From Octopus bimaculoides (Eukaryota), in NCBI RefSeq assembly GCF_001194135.2, contig NC_068982.1, forward strand, positions 3,199,442 through 3,263,441: DNA of 64,000 nt. The letters run 5' to 3'. Position 1 is the first letter of the stretch; each line of letters opens with the position of its first letter. The translations under genes were made by a program, and so were the position numbers. The notes beneath the pieces were generated by a model, which did not search any database, had not been told where the DNA came from, and was given only the letters and a program-made list of their open reading frames with translations. Shown here one piece after another: positions 1 through 13,375 of this stretch.

Positions 1-161
1 ATTAAGGAACTATATCATATTTCTCTCTACTTTTTTTAATGAGGACTTTATGCTTGTTCCTGCAAAAATCCTTTATAGTGCAAAAATGTATACATGCATA
101 TATGTTGTTTATCTGTATATGTTATATTGTGTGACAATTGTGAAATATGGATTTTCTACAG

Positions 162-253
162 ATAGAGATAAGCAAGAATTTTTGCTTCACAAATTCTGTA
201 ATTTTCGTGTTCAAGTTTTTAGACAAGAAAAGCAGCGCGTTGATGCTGCCTAA
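162..253 (+). CDS. possible terminal coding exon of an unidentified upstream gene
   Basis: TTTTCTACAG acceptor at 152-161, then an open phase-1 frame xDRDKQEFLLHKFCNFRVQVFRQEKQRVDAA* ending TAA 251-253. No homology recognised. Confidence 0.2.
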
Positions 254-336
254 CAGCATAAAATCATTAATCTGCCATCGTGCTTTACTTATTTCTACAA
301 CTAACGAAACTATAATAACAATAGCCATAAGAATGA

Positions 337-384
<48 letters not shown>

Positions 385-484
385 NNNNNNNNNNNNNNNN
401 NNNNNNNNNNNNNNNNNNNNNNNNNNNNNNNNNNNNNNNNNNNNNNNNNNNNNNNNNNNNNNNNNNNNNNNNNNNNNNNNNNNN

Positions 485-529
<45 letters not shown>

Positions 530-1808
530 ATATATATATATTTACGTATATGAATGCATGGATGTGTGTATGTATGTATGTATGTATGTATGTATGTATA
601 TATCTGTTTATGCAAATGTGCACAACTGTCTTTGCGTTCTCTAAATTAGCGTTCACTTCTTTGCGATGTCGATCAAAACTCGCTGTGTTGATATATATTT
701 TATTCACATATACATGTATATATTTATTTTTCATTCAATTTTACTGGCTGGACCGCAAGAAAAAAAAACACACAGCGAACGAACGATAAAAGAAAGAAGG
801 AAAGAAAAAAAGAAAGAAAGGAAAAGGAAATGACAAGAACTACTTGTGGAAAACACTAATTGAAAAGAGAGAACAAACGCAACTTGATTACGACTGCTGC
901 TAATACAGTAACAAAAGAATATTCCTGCCAAATTTATAGGTTAAGTCAAAACGTAATTGCATTATATTAATAAAAGGACAATATTGCTTAATTCAGGCAC
1001 TGTATTAACGTTGTCCACTCTTTCGTATGTGATCATATCTGTCTAAATAAGTGCGTTTGTTAGTAAATATCCGTGTGTGAGTGTGTGTGTGTGTGTGTTT
1101 CTATGTGGATTTTGTGTGTGGGTGTACTGAATGTTAGATTTGTATGCTTAAAACAAATTGTCTTTCTGTATATGAATATACGTTTGTGTGTTTTCTTTTT
1201 TATGAATGTACATATGTTTTATAAATGTTTTCAAGTGGTGTGTGCTTGTTTGTATTTGTTTTTGTATTGTTTTCGATTTTTTTTTAAAATACTTTTATGT
1301 GTATGTATGTGAGTGATACTGCATCGTATGAAATTAAAGTAGTTGAAAGAATTTGGCAACTAGTTGCAAAAATAAAGAAATCTATGGTTTCGAGAAAACT
1401 TCTTAAACAAGATATCAGACCAGTGGGAAATAATTCTCTTTCGTTTGTTTTTCTCTACATGTTTTGTTTAGATTTTTGTTCTTTATGTGATTTTTTCTTT
1501 CTTGCAGTTTTCTCTTTCGTTAGTTACTTGTATAGTATTTATCTTTCTGAGTTTGAGGTTTTCGTATCGCATGTGTTCTAATTATATTTAAATGTTATTA
1601 CTTGCCTTTCTCTTTTTTCTTTTTTTTTTTTTTACTGCTTTTTTAAAAATCATTTCCTGGTACGAGTTTCTTTGAATTTAGTTGACAAATTAACCACCAT
1701 TAACATTGATTAATTCATACGGCTTCAGAGAACGTTACATAGCATTTTTCTTGTCGGTATACCTCATGAAGAATCAAATTTGGTCAGAGTTATATGACAT
1801 TCAAACTG

Positions 1809-1858
<50 letters not shown>

Positions 1859-3204
1859 TTCTTGCAGCAGTAGATTACAACTATACTCAATGTTGAGTTG
1901 TCTCTTAGATAACACAGTCAAGTGTGTATTAAAGTATATATCGTGATCGATATCAATATTTAGTTCTCACGCTAATTCCGGGAGATACGACACTTTTAGC
2001 GAGCAATTCTTTTAACATTTTATGTTCGCCGACATAGTTCTGCATACCAGCAATCCTGCCACATTTTAATTTCATTTATCCCTGGTTCTAACGTATCACT
2101 CGATCGGCTACAAAGTATCGACTGAGCTTTTTCGAAATTCTACAGTGATGTCTGTATAACTTTACGGTGAGTTGTCTACCTATACGTAAAAACTCGCCTT
2201 ATCACTGCCTTCTTGCTTTCAGCTTACCTTCTAGTAAATCGTTGCTACCACGAAGAAAGCAATTAGGTCCAGGAAACATTTGACCCCAATGTGGACATGT
2301 GTATGTCATGAGATATATCTTTTTTTTTTGTGTCACTACATTTTTAAAATTATCGTTTATTCTTCCATTGAGTTCTCTCATCTAAAGCGGGATAGCATTT
2401 AGATACTTAAACCTTCCCTTTACAAAAATGAAATTAACAGTGTTTATTTCCATTGCATAATTTACCTATAGGACAATGGTTGATTAAATGTGAAGTTTAC
2501 ATGTTCAGTCCATAAGTTAAAACATCTGGTTCAAAAACGCTATGTCTGAAAAGGCGAAGAGAGCTAGAATCATTAACAGAATTCTCATTTTTGTCGCAAT
2601 GAATTAATGAAATTAATCAAGATGAGGTATTTATTCATAAAAATGTAACTAAATGGTGTGATATGTTTCTGTGAAAGTTAAAGTTTAATTCTAGCAAAAC
2701 TGAAGTCGATTTGTGGTTAATCGGATGGATACAACGAGTTGTGAAAGCAAGTAGAGAGTATGGTAAGAATGCTTCAGTTTGTAACACTCGTGACAAAGTT
2801 GGTTGTAGTTTCAGACTTCTGAACAGAAATATATTTAAGTTGGAAAATTACAATCGATATCAATTTCCGCCATATATTTGTGTGATTGTGTATGTGTAAA
2901 TGCGTATGTGTAATTGTGTGTGTGTATGTGTAAATGTGTATGTGTTATTATGCGTGTGTGTGTGTGTGTTTTAAGTTAGCACTCTGATAACCAGTGATCT
3001 GTGAGCCAAACTGTGGCAACCTCACAAACACTGCTTGTGGTGGCGGGGTAGGGTAGTGTGACATTAAGAAATCCGAAGAGACAAGAAAAAGAAACTTGTC
3101 AGAATGTGAAGGGACAGAGAAGAGAGTAAACGGCCATCAAATAAAGTATACATATGCACGTGCATAGAAATATCTGCATATTTCTCTGTGTTTAGGTGTC
3201 AGTG

Positions 3205-3490
3205 CGCTGGGCCTCCATCGATTACGTCGACGAGGATTCCAACAGCCTGCTCGTGATAATAACATACAAGTGGCTAATCATTCCATAGACATGCCTACCC
3301 TTAACATAGGTCTGAGGTAGCCTCATTGTGACTCAGCGAATGTGACGAGGCTGGACCCCTTTGAATTACAGGTACTACTCATTCTTGGCAGCTGAGTGTA
3401 CTGGAGCAATGTAAAAATAAAGTGTCTTGTTGAAGGACACAACGAACTCACGAATTTACAATCTAGGTCGAGTGCCCAAATCACAAAGTC
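3205..3490 (-). mobile_element. SINE family C (CORE-type, decayed tRNA head)
   Basis: Minus strand has CORE-like GTTGTGTCCTTCAACAAGACACTT followed by TTGCTCCAGTACACTCAGCTGCCAAG. The decayed head lies next to a SINE-A insertion. Confidence 0.7.
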
Positions 3491-3514
3491 GTTCGTCAGT
3501 ATTTCACATTTACT

Positions 3515-3731
3515 AAGGCGGTAAACTGGCAGAAGCGTTAGCACGCCGGGCGAAATGCTTAGAGGTATTTCGTCTGTCTTTATGTTGTGAGTTCAAATTC
3601 CGCCGAGGTCGACTTTGCCTTTCATCCTTTCGGGGTCGATAAATTAAGAACCATTTGCGTACTGGGGTCGATCTAATCGACTGTCCCCCTCCCCCAAAAT
3701 TTCGGGCCTTGTGCCTAGAGTAGAAAAGAAT
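3515..3731 (+). mobile_element. SINE family A, full length with TSD
   Basis: A-box-like TGGCAGAAGCGTTAG and B-box-like GAGTTCAAATTCC. Flanked by TATTTCACATTTACT (3500-3514) and TATTTCACGTTTACT (3731-3745). More than 12 related copies in the window. Confidence 0.92.
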
Positions 3732-4182
3732 ATTTCACGTTTACTTTAAGTGAATATAGAAAAATTATACGACTAATTATAGAATATTTCCTATTTCATA
3801 ATAATCAGTGGAAGGAATATTGAATAGATATATTATTTCAAAACATTGTCTAACACGGGAGACTATATAGAAATCATTATTTCTAAGAATTGTTACAAAT
3901 CGGTAGAAAGAACAAAAAACCAACAGCATGTATAAAACTAATTTGAAGTTTAGTCGTTTTCTTTTTAAACAAAGAAGATGGATGATAAGATATTTTAAGA
4001 TTTCTTCTGTTTTCTTTGACGAATGGTTGAAAGTGTATTTTATCTTAGATTGACAATGTAATAGTATTACGTTGCCAATCTTGGATACAATATTGCTAGC
4101 AAAATTGTAGTTGATTTTATCTGGAGACTCAGTTTCAGTTCCTGTTTTATATAAACATTTTTATTTCACGTATTTCTGTGCA

Positions 4183-4228
<46 letters not shown>

Positions 4229-4242
4229 TACACACACACAGG

Positions 4243-4289
<47 letters not shown>

Positions 4290-4290
4290 G

Positions 4291-4365
<75 letters not shown>
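4243..4365. repeat. (GATA)n microsatellite preceded by (CA)n
   Basis: Read directly. Confidence 0.97.
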
Positions 4366-4366
<1 letters not shown>

Positions 4367-5202
4367 ATTCGAGTTAAGTGCGTCTCTGGAAATACCTTAT
4401 CTTTATACATTTCAATGACCTTATATCTATACTGAATATGCTCTTAGTATATATATATATATATATATANNNNNNNNNNNNNNNNNNNNNNNNNNNNNNN
4501 NNNNNNNNNNNNNNNNNNNNNNNNNNNNNNNNNNNNNNNNNNNNNNNNNNNNNNNNNNNNNNNNNNNNNNNNNNNNNNNNNNNNNNNNNNNNNNNNNNNN
4601 NNNNNNNNNNNNNNNNNNNNNNNNNNNNNNNNNNNNNNNNNNNNNNNNNNNNNNNNNNNNNNNNNNNNNNNNNNNNNNNNNNNNNNNNNNNNNNNNNNNN
4701 NNNNNNNNNNNNNNNNNNNNNNNNNNNNNNNNNNNNNNNNNNNNNNNNNNNNNNNNNNNNNNNNNNNNNNNNNNNNNNNNNNNNNNNNNNNNNNNNNNNN
4801 NNNNNNNNNNNNNNNNNNNNNNNNNNNNNNNNNNNNNNNNNNNNNNNNNNNNNNNNNNNNNNNNNNNNNNNNNNNNNNNNNNNNNNNNNNNNNNNNNNNN
4901 NNNNNNNNNNNNNNNNNNNNNNNNNNNNNNNNNNNNNNNNNNNNNNNNNNNNNNNNNNNNNNNNNNNNNNNNNNNNNNNNNNNNNNNNNNNNNNNNNNNN
5001 NNNNNNNNNNNNNNNNNNNNNNNNNNNNNNNNNNNNNNNNNNNNNNNNNNNNNNNNNNNNNNNNNNNNNNNNNNNNNNNNNNNNNNNNNNNNNNNNNNNN
5101 NNNNNNNNNNNNNNNNNNNNNNNNNNNNNNNNNNNNNNNNNNNNNNNNNNNNNNNNNNNNNNNNNNNNNNNNNNNNNNNNNNNNNNNNNNNNNNNNNNNN
5201 NN

Positions 5203-5270
<68 letters not shown>

Positions 5271-5309
5271 GAAAGTTGAAAAGAAATACACGAGTTGTTA
5301 TGTATCAGC

Positions 5310-5530
5310 AAAATAAGACAAGGTAGAAAATGGTAAAATAATTTTGTCATGAAGAGCATTTTAGAACCGGTTTCAGTCTTTGCAATTTTTTCAGCTTAGA
5401 GTAAAGTATGAATAACAATTGAACTGTGGAAAAATGAAATGAAATGTTTTTTTAGAAATATTTCCATAGTTTTCAAATGCAAGGAACATTTTCCTTTTTT
5501 CTGTCTCTCTCTATCTCTCTCTTTTTACTC
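5310..5530 (-). mobile_element. solo copy of the terminal repeat of the Penelope-like element at 59380-61070
   Basis: About 200 bp homologous to 59380-59595 (AAATAAGACAAGGTAGAAAA...CCGGTTTCAGTCTTTGC...TTTCCATAGTTTTCAAAT). Confidence 0.8.
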
Positions 5531-8424
5531 TCCTCTAAGTGCTTTTTAACTCTCACCAAGCGTTGTTTTCCATCCCAGTTTCCTCCGTACAAGAGACTAC
5601 AGATATAGTTGTATGCATTTGCATAGCCTCCGTTTGACGGAATTGCATCGTTTGGTATGTGGTTGATTAAAACTTAGCCAATATAAAAGTGTATTTTCTC
5701 AAGCTACAACTTTTTATTATTATTCTAATTTATTTTCGTTGGACCAAGTTTGCATAAGGTATAGCGGTTCTGGGAGATTTTTCGTTTTTGCTGCTATTTT
5801 AGAAATGTATTATATTAAATAAACGCTTTTACTGTAGACGCATTTAAGGCACTACATTTGATATCAGCAATTTATTGAAACATTGAATAACAGTTTTCCA
5901 TATTTTAAAGCTTATATGGTTGAAATTTTTTAATGAAGTCTCAATATTTGTATTGGAATCATTAGGATTAGACATGTTTATACAGTAAATACTATGTATA
6001 ATTGCAGGTTCCATCTCTTTGTGAGATTACCGATTCACATTAGGCATGTGGTTTCATGTCTTAAATAACCATGACGATTTAATTAAATAGAATTAAGTGT
6101 CCCAAGAAAGAATAATAAAAATCTAATGCAAGCGTAATTAGAACTATCTATCCTTAGATTTTGTAGTAAAATAAGGTTATATAATGAAACAGGGACGGTT
6201 TTTAAATTTTAATTTCTTGAAAAGTTTCCACAACAAAATAATCGAAATAAAACAAGCTTTCTTCGCGTCGATTCTCTGCATGTAGCGTGAAGAATGCAGA
6301 GTGCCATTTTCTAAATATCTGTTTTCAAATAAATGATAAAATGATTAATCCATCTTTAAAATAGAATCCTTTCTATTAAACACAATCTATATCAATTCCT
6401 TTGTTATGTCCAGTTAGCTATTTGATTCTCTCTGCTTTTTGGTACTAAACACCCATTGTATTATTCCTCATATTCTTTTGTATATAATTCCTTCCTGTTA
6501 ATAGGATGTCCTTTGATGTTCTGAAAGATTAAATGTCTCTCCATATTCATCAAGTTTCCGAAAGTAATTGAAAACAGTTCATAATACTAAAACAGCAATT
6601 GTGAGAAATAGCAGCTCTACTAAAGTTGTATCAGAAATATATTTTTACAGAAGAAATGTGACAATCATTTATCATAACAGATATACATTTTGATATTGTT
6701 AAAGGATTAAACTCTCTGACATAGGAAGCAGCTGAAACTTAGCTCATTGCCAACAAATAATGTCAAATTTGATGAGACGTTTTAGGTAGTATATATATCG
6801 GTTTTAATGTATTCCATTAATTCCATTATTTTATTCACGGTCTTTTACGTTTCAAGTTCAAATTTCGATGAGCGCCACTTTGTCCTGATCTTTTACGTGT
6901 CAAGGAAATAAGTACCTCCATTAAATTAAATCCATTATTCTTTCTCGCTACATTTAAGATCATCCTTGTAATTTCCTGCGAAATATTTTTTTTGTTTGTC
7001 TGTATGTTGTTGTTGTTGTCGTTGTTGCTTTTGTTGTTGTTGTTGTTGTTGTTTTAAATCCATACAATTGATAGTTTTGGACTGCATGTTTAAAAACTGA
7101 GAAAACAGCTGTTCATGCATTTTAGGCAAAACATTACTCTGAAGCTTATAGAAACGGTTTGTGTTATTAAACTATAAAAGAGTTTTCTGTGAATATAATG
7201 TAGAGCCTGGAAGGAGCCAAAGACCATCGGCTCCGAAGATGCGATTCTCATTTGTTTAAAAAAGCAGACACAAAGTGCAGGATGTGAATTACGTAAAGTC
7301 ATGTAGCTACTGAAAATATACAATTTCAGCTCGGAGCTTCTATCTATTTGCTACCCACTCATATAAAGAATGGAAACAATCTGATTCTACTCTGCTTCTA
7401 TCAGCTTCTATCTTATTCAATGTTCAAATATACGCATATAGCTCATTTATTTTATTTTTAGCTTTGCATCTCGCAATTTCCTTCGCGTATTTCTCAAATA
7501 AAAACACTTCTCTTATTTTTCTTATTGTGGTATTTTACGTTTCAATCCTATATTTATTTACCTATTATTTTCACATCTGTTTTAACACAAATATTGCATG
7601 TTGTTATTCCATTGCTTCTGCTTTAACACATTCTTGTTATTTACAACAAATTTTTATCGAGTTTATTCCAACAAGCTGGGTAATATACTCTAACGCACCT
7701 GCGATTACATAAAAACATATTTGAAAATGTACATATACGCATGCATTCATCATGTGTATGCAGATAACGTAGGCAGATTTCATATATATTTATGTATGCA
7801 CGTATCTATGTGTATGCGTTTGCGTGTGCGAGTGTGTATGGATGCATTTATGTGTCTATGTGTTTTTACATATAAAAACCGGGATGCATGCGTATAAAAT
7901 ACTGCGTTTGTTTAATATATATGTTTAATTACGCATACATGTGAAAACATACAAAAAGATGTATTTATTTGTGTATCAATCACTGAGGATACAATTCTAC
8001 AGATATATAGTATGTAGGTTTTTGAATATTCTCTGTAATATCAGGTGGAATTTTTTGCTATGCTAGCATATATAATTGCGTGTTACCTATTCCACGGTAT
8101 TTCCCTCTCTAAAATTAACTCCACGAAAAAACGAGTTATGTATTGCTTATCGAATTCATTCTACATTTTTACAGTTATCATGCATTTACGAAACAATAGC
8201 TACACATAAGTGACTTGCTTTTCTAATGGCATTACTCATATTCCCAACAGAAAATTGCATATTCACAGTTGTGCATGGAAAACTAAACTGATCACAGATC
8301 ACGTGGCCACACAGAGACTTACAACTTTATATATACACAATTGTCTGTCTACACATTGGTGACACTGTACATAAATGTATAAACGTATGCTTGCGTTTGT
8401 AAATGAACACAAGCGCGCGCACAC

Positions 8425-8490
<66 letters not shown>

Positions 8491-8789
8491 AATATATACA
8501 CGCATATATTTATACATACACATATATACATATATATTTCTTTATTCGTGATTTAATTTCTCCACTACGTCATGTTTCAGTGATCCACCTCAGTAGCGAT
8601 GTTAATCCATGTCCAATTTGCATTTGGCTGCATGAGATTTAACGAGACTTCATACGTTAAGGAGACGGTGTAAAGTGAAATACGAAATACTTAAATAATG
8701 GGAGATAAATATTAAGGTACTGTGGTCGGTGTAATTTTATTTCGCTTATGTTAATAAGGACCTGGAAAGCAAAAAAGGAAATGTGCTTG

Positions 8790-9200
8790 TATAATCTCTG
8801 CACTCTCCATAGGCGCAGGAGTGGCTTTGTGGTGAGTAGCTTGCAGAGGTCCAGAATATTCTTGTGCCTGGTTGGAGAGAGTATGATCTGCTCCATGAAT
8901 AGCATTTTCGTAAGATCAAGTAGAGATTCTGCTTGATTTCGCTCTTTGTGCGTCGTTCCTGGGGTTATGTTGCCCTCAGGTCACCTGATGTTGGGTAACT
9001 TGAAGTCACCCATCAAGAATATAGTAGAACGTTGATCCAGTTGTATTAGTACTTCTTTTATCGCACTGAGGCTTTCCCCAAATTTTCCATCATGATTCGA
9101 GGCATCAGGTGGGCGACATAGTGTGCATATGACTGTATCAAGTTGCTTCAGATGTATTATGAGTGTGTCACACACCGAGTTCGAGTTCGATAACAGGGTT
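8790..9200 (-). mobile_element. LINE APE endonuclease remnant (CR1/L2-group-like)
   Basis: Continuous frame ...VICTLCRPPD...IFLMGDFKLPNIR*PEG...EQIILSPTRHKNILDL, matching APE motifs YRPP, GDFN and PTRxxNxLDL. Confidence 0.8.
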
Positions 9201-9739
9201 AATAAGAACGGCAACGATAAGGATAAAAAGAAAAGTTAAACACGTAAAAGAAGCAATAATATCCCTGTTAGCAATTATAATACCGAGGTAAATAAAATAA
9301 ATAAATCGAATAAGAACAACGCTACCAAAGCTGATTGCAATAACAATAAAAATAACAGTAGAAAAAAAAATAATTACAACCATAAATTTACGATCTACAA
9401 CAATACAGAGGACAGAGTTTACACCAAAAGCAAAAATATAAAGTATAACAAGATAACATCTGCCTAATAAACCCATTCGCGATACAATTAAAAACCAATA
9501 TATTTAAATATATAATGAAACTTATAAATAAGCACTTAAATATGAATACGAAATACTGAGAAACATTTAACAAGAAAATTAGAATAGGACATAACCTAAC
9601 TAGCAACGTAGCTACTATTATAGCCTCTATTAACAATAAAAACTAGGCTCCTTCTATGAAACTAGGAAGAATAACAATAAAAATCAAAACAACCAATCGA
9701 TTGGTATAATAAAAGAACCCCCAAGTAACTCGCCCTCTA

Positions 9740-9982
9740 AGAAGCCCGTCGTATATATGTATGTATGTATGTATATGTTTGCGTATCTGTGTTTGTCCCC
9801 CCACCCCACCATCGCTTGACAACTGATGTTGGTGTGTTGTCCCCGTAACTTAGCGGTTCGGCAAGAAACCCCGATAGAATAAGTACTAGGCAAACAATAA
9901 ATAAGTCCTGAGGTCGATTAGTTCAACTAAATGTGGTGCTCCATCATGGCCGCAGTCAAATGACTGAAACCAGCAAAAGAAT
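9740..9982 (+). mobile_element. SINE family B, 3' half
   Basis: GAAGCCCGTCG-(TATG)n-...CCCCGTAACTTAGCGGTTCGGC...CATGGCCGCAGTCAAATGACTGAAAC, matching the full copy at 46747. Confidence 0.88.
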
Positions 9983-11301
9983 GTGTGTGTGTGTGTGTGT
10001 GTGTACTTTATTTGTGTCGCTAACATATGCTCACGTGATGTATAAGTCAACCGCATGAACGTTTATGTTTTGAGACAGGAAGTCAATACATGGCAAGGTG
10101 TTTTATTGGTTATCTTCCCTGAATGTGAAATTCTAGATATTCCCTTTAATCCTCGACATTCCTCCTCTGTGTCCCTGCAACTTGCATTATCTTCTCACAC
10201 TTGATGTATATTTTATGATCCTGCCTTTACTTTTCACACGTTTCCTTGTATTGTAAGCACATGAATGTAAATTCAGTGAAAACTCAGGCAATCTCACATC
10301 GTTGGCGATGTGCTTTCTTCGTGTATATGTATTTAGGCACATACACACGTGTGTGTGTATATGTGTGTGTGTGTGTATCTGTCTATGTGTCTGTCTGTCT
10401 GTGTGTCTGTGTGTGCAGCTATGATTTCTATATAATTTTAAACATGTTTGTGTGAATGTATACAAGCGTGTGTATGCATGTATGCTTGTGTGTATACATT
10501 TATCTCTATATGTGTGTGTGTGTGTTTGAGTGTGTTCCTACATAACAAACAGTGCTTTGCGTTGCCAAAATGGAGTGCCATGGATTTCTTTTATTTCACG
10601 TTTACGTAATTATGAATGGTTTCTTGTGTTGATGTAACTATTGTTCAATGATATTCGTAACAGCAAGGGTGGCGGTAGCAAAACGACAACGATAAACCGT
10701 AAGTAGAAACATAAGAAGATGAAACAAAAAGCAGGGAATAACAGAGGCTGGAATTGCAGCAGATTTTACAAGAGGTAAACGTTATGAAATAACAACATTC
10801 ATTGAATAAAGTAAAATTGCGAAAGCAATATCAAACTCAACAATGGTTGCAGGAAAAATAACATCAATTTTAAAAACAACAGACTCTAGAGTTGCCAGAG
10901 TCGTAACACTCGAATAAGAATAGGAAAAATGAAGAATACAAACCGAAACAAAGAATACACGAATAAATACCAAAACAAGAGATGGGGGTGGTATATGATG
11001 TGGATTTACATGATATTTACCGTTGTGCATGTTACAATAGTGTATACCTGGTTTCTGTGAGAAATTTTGATTTACAAACAACAGCAATTCCAAAGAGCTG
11101 AAGGAATTACTTAATACAATTGTTCGAAAGACTCATTGAAGCGTAACGGGATTCATATCCAAACATATGTTTTGTTAATAACAGTTTCGAAAAAGGCAAG
11201 AATTACGTGCAAAAAATTCCAAAAATCTAATTCGAACATACTTTGTCAGATTTCTACTGTCGACATCGAAATTTGTTTCATCTATCAGCTTTCATCTCTT
11301 G

Positions 11302-11512
11302 TCTTTTAGTTCTTTTAGTCATTAGAGTCCGACCATGTTGGGGCACCACTCTGAAGAAAATTTCCTTGAAAGAATCAACCACAGGATATTTTTAAGCTTG
11401 GTATTTATTCCATCGGTTTCTTCTGCCGAACCAGCAAGTTACGGGGACGTTAACACACCGACACCGGCTGTTCAACGGTAGTGGAGAACAAATGCAGTCT
11501 CAAAGACACACA
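11302..11512 (-). mobile_element. SINE family B, diverged 3' half
   Basis: Reverse complement of the family-B tail (GCCGAACCAGCAAGTTACGGGGACGT). Confidence 0.75.
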
Positions 11513-11520
11513 CGCATATG

Positions 11521-11572
<52 letters not shown>

Positions 11573-11798
11573 ACATTATTACCTCGCTTTCATAGTGGTT
11601 GGTAGTGGCTGAACAACCTACACGACGTTTCTTATGCAGCATCTTTTATTTCCAAATTACAGTTCAGAAAATTTCACTTGTTCTCCAATTTCATAATCAA
11701 TGTGTTCCATGAATTTTCTTTGGTAAGCTCTTTCCTATAAAGTACTATAATAGTAATACTACTACTGGTAATGCTATCATGGCTACTACTATGATTAA

Positions 11799-12019
11799 TA
11801 ATCCTTTCTAATATAGGTACAAGACCTGAAATCTTGAGGCGAGGGGGTTTGAGTCGATTACATCGACCCCAGTGCTCAACTGGTACTTATTTCATCAACC
11901 GCGAAACGATGTAAAGCAAAGTCGACCTCGGCAGAATTTGAACTCAGAACGTAGTGGCAGACGAAATACCACTAAGCATTTCGCCCGGCGTGCTAACGGT
12001 TCTGCCAGCTCACCACCTT
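11799..12019 (-). mobile_element. SINE family A, full length
   Basis: Reverse complement of the family-A head and tail. Confidence 0.9.
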
Positions 12020-12061
12020 ACAACTATGAATAATGATGATGATCATCATTGTAGATGATTG

Positions 12062-12210
12062 TTTCTGATCCAGGTACAAAGCCAGCAATTATGAGGTGAG
12101 GGGCGAAGTCCATACCATCAACCTCAGTACTTGACTGATAAGTAAATAACATTGTCGACTCCAGAGCGTTGAGAAACTAAGTTAACCACTGCAGGAATCG
12201 AACTTAGACG
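12062..12210 (-). mobile_element. old diverged SINE family A-related copy
   Basis: CAGGTACAAAGCCAGCAATT...GCAGGAATCGAACTTAG resembles the family-A reverse complement. Confidence 0.5.
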
Positions 12211-13306
12211 CATCAATAATTAATATCATATTGTTTGAGAATGATTAAGAAATATAACTGTACTTTTGGTCAATCAAATATTTTTAAAATCCAGAAAGAA
12301 TAGTAAAATATTTGAAATTGTAATTTTCATCTGTTCTCATGAAATGTTGTTCTACGTTTCTTATTATAATGTGCTCCAAATTCACAATCAAATTGGAGTA
12401 CGATTTTTTTAATTTCTTTTGAATTCACTGTGACATCTACTTCCTGTCTCCTGCTTTGAAATAATTCAGTTCTTTGTAAGTTCCAGCCGTACAACGGAAA
12501 TTATTCACAAGAAATAAATCATTCGGAATTGCATACATTATCATACCATGTTTTCTCCTTGGCTTTAATGGCAACAACCGCTTTTCATATCTTTTGTCTA
12601 ACATTTTCTACTTACCAAAATATTTTGCCCTCATTCTGGTCCAATTATTTTTACGGTCTAAAATCTTGTAGCAGATTTAAAACAACGATACTTTTTAAAA
12701 TGCTTCAGAAGCACTCTTATGGTAAAAACAATTAGTTACATGTGTAAATAACTGATAGCTTTGTGTATGTGATCGATAGAAAAGCTAGAAACGATATCCA
12801 AATTGCCTTCCGATAGTAGCGTGAGATATTAAAAAAGGTTATATTCAAAAATGATATGAGAGTCATATACGGAATGCCTATTTTTGCTTGTATATTTATT
12901 CAGAACTGACATGAAGTTAAATAATAACATAGCTACACATTCCACATCGTTTCGATTAAGCACAACTATATTTTAGGGTCTCGTATCTTGGGTTTCTTTG
13001 CTGGTAACTTCCTTAGTAATGTATCTTAAATGACGTTTTTCGCAGAGATACGTTCTTGAAGGTAGAACTCAGGCATGGATAAAATCATTCATGAAGTGGG
13101 TCGCAAGTAACGCTGCTCATCATCAGGTGTGGTGCATACTAAAAAAAAATCGAAGTTAATTTTTCGTTTGACGTACTAATCAGAAAGTCCGGCCAGCCTC
13201 CGACTGCTATGGCAATGATGATACGTTTATATTCAGTTTGTCAGCCAACGTTTCCTTCTATTATGGTTGCCGGTCCAATAACACATACATATCTGTGTGT
13301 GTGTGT

Positions 13307-13375
<69 letters not shown>

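Noticed and set aside
6935-7171. Minus-strand poly-Q frame of 79 codons after a CTTTTATAG acceptor
   Set aside because: About 20 codons come from a (CAA)n run. The rest is within chance length and has no recognisable homology.
12616-12657. Possible 42-nt minus-strand microexon ending at TTTG|GTAAGT
   Set aside because: Acceptor is weak, with an upstream AG close by; no other support.
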